Shown here in pieces: positions 60,364 through 64,000 of a DNA stretch of 64,000 nt. The DNA is taken from assembly GCA_016786595.1 (NCBI GenBank), contig JAEUWB010000001.1, forward strand, positions 2,504-66,503. The letters run 5' to 3'. The translations under genes and the position numbers were made by a program. The DNA is from a bacterium. Lineage in GTDB: Bacteria > Bdellovibrionota_C > UBA2361 > SZUA-149 > JAEUWB01. The notes beneath the pieces were generated by a model. The model was not told where the DNA came from and made no database searches. It saw nothing but the letters and a program-made list of their open reading frames with translations. The stretch's first letter is position 1. Every line of letters begins with the position of its first letter.

Positions 60364-61650
60364 TTAAAATGGCGAAGTATAGCGTGCTCGCGATCCAAGC
60401 TTAGCTTCAATCCAAAGTAGGCGGTTATACTTTTCAACGCGTTCTCCGCGGCACATTGAACCTGTCTTGATTTGCCCTGCATTTGTGGCCACAGCTAAAT
60501 CAGCTATTGTCGTATCTCCGGTCTCACCAGATCTGTGCGAAATCACAGAAGTAAAACCTGCCTCACTGGCCATGGCAATCGCATCAAGAGTCTCTGTCAG
60601 AGTCCCAATCTGGTTAAGCTTGATTAGAATTGAATTTGCCGCCTGCTCTTCAATCCCACGGCGCAGACGTTCTGTATTCGTAACAAATAAATCATCCCCA
60701 ACGAGCTGCATTTTTGCTCCAAGATGCTTAGTCAAGGTTTTCCATCCATCCCAATCATTTTCTGAAACGCCGTCTTCGATACTGACAATTGGATATTTTG
60801 TCGCCCAAGTCGCATAAAGCTCAACTAAATCAGCAGCCGAGTAGCTTTTAGGGTCACCTGACTTTTCAAACTTATAAGTAAATCCTTGAGCGCTCTCCTT
60901 GACGAGCTCACTTGAAGCAACATCGAGAGCAAGTGAAATTTGTTGACCAGGCTGATAGCCCGCGCGTTCAATTGCACGCATTAAATATTCAAACGCCTGC
61001 TCTTGAGACTCAAGTCGTGGAGCATAACCACCCTCATCCCCTACTGCAGTCTCAAAACCATCATCCTTAAGTAGTGAGCCGAGTTTTTTAAAAACTTCAG
61101 CTGCCATGCGCATCGCCTCGGAGAAAGTCTTAGCTCCGTGAGGGACAATCATAAATTCTTGAATATCCAAGCTGTTATTTGCATGTGCCCCGCCGTTAAT
61201 CACATTCACAAGCGGCACTGGCAAGGTCAAAGCACTAGATCCCCCGAGATGTTCATAAAGGTCCATTTTACGTGAAGCCGCCACCGCATGGGCAATTGCT
61301 AAACTTGTACCCAGAATTGCATTAGCGCCTAGGCGCTGCTTATTGGCCGTACCATCAAGAGCCAACATGGCCTTGTCAACTGCGCGTTGATCGCTCAGAT
61401 CCGCACCAGAAAGAGTCTGGGCGATTTCCGTCACGACATTTCTTACAGCCTGCTGTACGCCCTTACCGCCAAAGGCTTTGTCCTTAGTGTCACGTAATTC
61501 AATTGCCTCAAATTGCCCGGTCGAAGCGCCAGAAGGAACGCTTGCCGACCCAACGGCACCATCGGTTAAAGTTGCGCGCACTGCGACGGTTGGGTTTCCA
61601 CGCGAATCAATCACCTGCAAAGCTTCGAGTTTAGACAATTGAGATTTCAT
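60364..61650 (-). CDS. eno: Enolase
   Basis: 428-aa ORF with [28 protein letters not shown] and SHRSGETED-like (SHRSGETGD) motifs. Confidence 0.97.
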   Translation of the reverse strand: MKSQLSKLEALQVIDSRGNPTVAVRATLTDGAVGSASVPSGASTGQFEAIELRDTKDKAFGGKGVQQAVRNVVTEIAQTLSGADLSDQRAVDKAMLALDGTANKQRLGANAILGTSLAIAHAVAASRKMDLYEHLGGSSALTLPVPLVNVINGGAHANNSLDIQEFMIVPHGAKTFSEAMRMAAEVFKKLGSLLKDDGFETAVGDEGGYAPRLESQEQAFEYLMRAIERAGYQPGQQISLALDVASSELVKESAQGFTYKFEKSGDPKSYSAADLVELYATWATKYPIVSIEDGVSENDWDGWKTLTKHLGAKMQLVGDDLFVTNTERLRRGIEEQAANSILIKLNQIGTLTETLDAIAMASEAGFTSVISHRSGETGDTTIADLAVATNAGQIKTGSMCRGERVEKYNRLLWIEAKLGSRARYTSPF

Positions 61651-61791
61651 GTTGTTTATTAACTTCCCTGGCTGAGATTAATAAATTTGGCTATAGTCAT
61701 GGGAGGTCTGCGGCTAAACGTAGTTTAGAACAGACCCATGAGGGCATAAACTATACTATGCTATATAAAAAATAACAAAACCCGTTGTTCC

Positions 61792-62097
61792 ATGAGAAAG
61801 CTGCGTATTTATATCTTGATTCTGACAACCTGTGGGTTAATTTTCTTTACAGTCTTTGGCAAACGCGGCGTGCTTGAATACTTGAGTCTCAAGTCAGAAT
61901 TAACTGCCCTAGAACATGAGTCCAGTCGCATTGATAAAGAAACTTTTCAAGCAAAAAAAAGCATCAACGATCTCAAGACCGACCAGCTGGCACTAGAGGC
62001 CGAAGCACGTAAACGCCTCGGCTTGGGCCGCCCCGATGAAATTATTTACGTGCTTCCTCGCAATCCAGTGCAACCGAAAGACTCCACTCAAAATTAA
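61792..62097 (+). CDS. ftsB: Septum formation initiator (FtsB/DivIC family)
   Basis: 101-aa ORF with a single N-terminal TM and a coiled-coil. Shows the conserved eno-ftsB neighbourhood. Confidence 0.8.
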   Translation: MRKLRIYILILTTCGLIFFTVFGKRGVLEYLSLKSELTALEHESSRIDKETFQAKKSINDLKTDQLALEAEARKRLGLGRPDEIIYVLPRNPVQPKDSTQN

Positions 62098-62107
62098 AAG
62101 ATTCACA

Positions 62108-62455
62108 ATGAAACGCAAAGCACCTCGCATCAATCGTACCAAGCCCGACGATCTATCGAAAATTTTAAGCCAAACACTCAAACGCAAAAATTTAGACCAT
62201 AAATTAAAGCAGTATGCATTTTTCCAGGATTGGAGCGAGATTCTCGGGGAAAAATTAGGAAAAGTTACCAAACCAGAGAAAATACTGTATGGTCGCCTTT
62301 TAGTTGTGCAGGTAAGTAATACTGCATTACTTCAGGAGCTTGCCTTGAAAAAACAAGAAATTCTAGCGCTTGTTCGGGCGCATCGAGATGCTCCTGTCGT
62401 TGAAGATATACGCTTTGTACTGCGTGGGCCGCTCAGGGAGAAGAGTGGCAAATAA
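62108..62455 (+). CDS. DUF721 / DciA-like protein
   Basis: 115 aa from the ATG at 62108. ...WSEILGEKLGKVTKPEKILYGRLLVVQVSNTALLQEL pattern of DUF721. The track ORF (from 62036) would overlap ftsB. Confidence 0.7.
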   Translation: MKRKAPRINRTKPDDLSKILSQTLKRKNLDHKLKQYAFFQDWSEILGEKLGKVTKPEKILYGRLLVVQVSNTALLQELALKKQEILALVRAHRDAPVVEDIRFVLRGPLREKSGK

Positions 62456-62485
62456 AGCGCAACGCCCAAGGGGATAAGGTTTGCA

Positions 62486-63754
62486 ATGAGCATCGAAATT
62501 TTAAAAGATTTACAACAGCGCGGCCTGATTCAAGACATTGCCGCTGCAGAAGAATTAAGCAAGCTCTTTAGTTCAGGTTCTGTAACTTACTACTGTGGGT
62601 TCGATCCCACTGCAGATAGCTTGCATGTCGGTAGCTTATTGCCACTAGTAATGATGAAACGCCTGGCTCAAGCCGGCCACAAGCCGATTGGCATTATCGG
62701 CACCGCAACTGGTATGATTGGCGACCCTTCAGGCAAACAAGCCGAGCGGGTCTTAATGACTGCAGATGAAATCCAAAAAAATGCTGCAGGCATTGAAGCT
62801 CAAGTTAAAAGCATTGTCGGGCCGCAAGTTAATACCGTGTGTAACGGTGACTGGTGCTCCAAACTAAGCATGCTTGAGTTTTTACGTGATGTGGGCAAAC
62901 ATTTTTCTGTCAATATGATGCTCGGTAAAGATTCTGTGGCCAAACGGCTGGATGATCGTGAGCAAGGAATTTCATACACAGAATTCAGCTACATGTTACT
63001 GCAGGCATACGACTTCTACGTGCTGAACGAAAAATACAATTGCAGTCTGCAAATCGGTGGCTCTGATCAATGGGGAAATATCACTGCGGGCATGGACTTC
63101 ATTCGTAGAAAGTCGGGCAAGCAAGCTTACGGCATGACATTTCCGCTCTTAACTACTGCCTCAGGTGCAAAATTTGGCAAGACCGAAGCAGGCAACGTCT
63201 GGCTCTCCAGTAAACGGACTTCGCCCTATAAATTCTACCAGTTTTGGCTGAACACTGCGGATCAAGACATCAAACGTTATTTAAATTTCTTCTCGCTAAA
63301 GTCCACTGCTGAAATTGAAAAACTCTGTAGCGGGCCTGTCGAAGCACGCCTAGCACAAAAAGCCTTGGCTGAAGAATTAACAATCCTTGTGCATGGGGCC
63401 AGCGCTTTAACTCGGGCGCAACATGCTTCGAGCATTCTCTTTGGTGAGCCGCTTGAGGGAGTCGACCCAGAGCTACTAGAGGAGATTTTCAGTGACGTGC
63501 CTTCGGCTTCAATTGCCAAATCAGCCATTCACGGAGATGGTATTGGGATTGTCGATCTAATGACACAGGCTGGCGCAACAAGTTCCAAAGGCGAAGCACG
63601 GCGCCTTGTCGAAGGCGGCGGAATTATGATCAACAACAATAAAGTATCGGGCATCGATCAAAAGATACAGTTTCAAGAATTTATCGGTGGGAAACTTGCC
63701 TTAATTCGCATCGGGAAAAAACGCTACCATCTCGTGCGCGTAGAAGAACGATAA
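62486..63754 (+). CDS. tyrS: Tyrosyl-tRNA synthetase
   Basis: 422-aa ORF with YCGFDPTADSLHVGSL (HIGH), KFGKT (KMSKS) and a C-terminal S4 domain. Confidence 0.96.
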   Translation: MSIEILKDLQQRGLIQDIAAAEELSKLFSSGSVTYYCGFDPTADSLHVGSLLPLVMMKRLAQAGHKPIGIIGTATGMIGDPSGKQAERVLMTADEIQKNAAGIEAQVKSIVGPQVNTVCNGDWCSKLSMLEFLRDVGKHFSVNMMLGKDSVAKRLDDREQGISYTEFSYMLLQAYDFYVLNEKYNCSLQIGGSDQWGNITAGMDFIRRKSGKQAYGMTFPLLTTASGAKFGKTEAGNVWLSSKRTSPYKFYQFWLNTADQDIKRYLNFFSLKSTAEIEKLCSGPVEARLAQKALAEELTILVHGASALTRAQHASSILFGEPLEGVDPELLEEIFSDVPSASIAKSAIHGDGIGIVDLMTQAGATSSKGEARRLVEGGGIMINNNKVSGIDQKIQFQEFIGGKLALIRIGKKRYHLVRVEER

Positions 63755-63765
63755 TAGGTCCAAAC

Positions 63766-64000
63766 TTGAATCCTTTTGAGCTAAATTTCACGTTTCAAGG
63801 TAAAGTAAAAAATTGGATTTGGCAGCTTTTCAGGCCAAGCATTAAATCTGTACTTGGATTTAATCAGCTCAGTAAATTGTATGCTGCAGTCCCTGCAGGC
63901 CTGAGCGTTGATTCCTTTCTTGAAACAATCATCAAAGTTTTTAAGATCAAAATCGACATTTCCGAGGAAGACTTAGCACGCATCCCTAAGTCTGGCCCAC
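63766..64000 (+). CDS. Partial ORF (5' end only), PlsC/hemolysin-like acyltransferase N-terminus
   Basis: Hand translation from the TTG at 63766: LNPFELNFTFQGKVKNW...DISEEDLARIPKSGP runs open to the window edge. The ...IPKSGP ending resembles the lead-in to the HxxxxD acyltransferase block. Not in the ORF track. Confidence 0.4.
   Translation, partial: MNPFELNFTFQGKVKNWIWQLFRPSIKSVLGFNQLSKLYAAVPAGLSVDSFLETIIKVFKIKIDISEEDLARIPKSGP

Overview
A 64-kb chromosomal segment from a diderm (Gram-negative-type) bacterium. G+C is roughly mid-40s % judged by eye, and the taxon cannot be assigned from the sequence alone.

The backbone is housekeeping:
- folD-gcvT-gcvH, ald, minCDE, gltX, ferritin and fpr
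- divergent tRNA-Gln(CUG) and tRNA-Glu(CUC), an ECF sigma factor, a yqhA-like gene and gmk-yicC
- an LPS inner-core/heptose cluster: hldA, a GT2, two GT9, kdkA, an SDR epimerase and gmhB
- an M48 peptidase and an aldolase-like/epimerase/GT2 trio
- an arginine cluster (argH divergent from argR-X-argC-argF'-argB-argD) that uses an acyl-ornithine-type carbamoyltransferase
- two TrmB-type regulators, an MFS transporter, a solute-binding protein, xth, tRNA-fMet, rluB and dxs
- an ArnT-like GT, an OmpA-like lipoprotein, a type IV pilin, lnt, eno, ftsB, a DUF721/DciA-like gene and tyrS

The unusual content sits between these genes:
1. Two tandem G+C-rich single-gene units at 39.3-41.9 kb, each bounded by the same ~20-bp inverted repeat (cassette-like; no recombinase is visible in the window).
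2. Other orphan genes bracketed by exact repeats: a 16-bp inverted repeat around 8243-9220, and 26-bp direct repeats around two Cys-rich secreted-protein genes at 54.3-55.5 kb.
3. At least four families of intergenic palindromic elements. One 125-130-nt hairpin family (three copies) has a conserved apex and copy-specific but complementary stems.
4. An uncharacterised P-loop protein that is translationally coupled inside the arg operon.
5. A membrane-anchored HEPN-like protein inserted in the LPS operon.
6. A radical-SAM-like protein that lacks the Cys triad.
7. A frameshifted HTH-Fic pseudogene.
8. An unannotated 49-aa Flp/pilin-like ORF.

No CRISPR array, rRNA, prophage or recognisable transposase was found.
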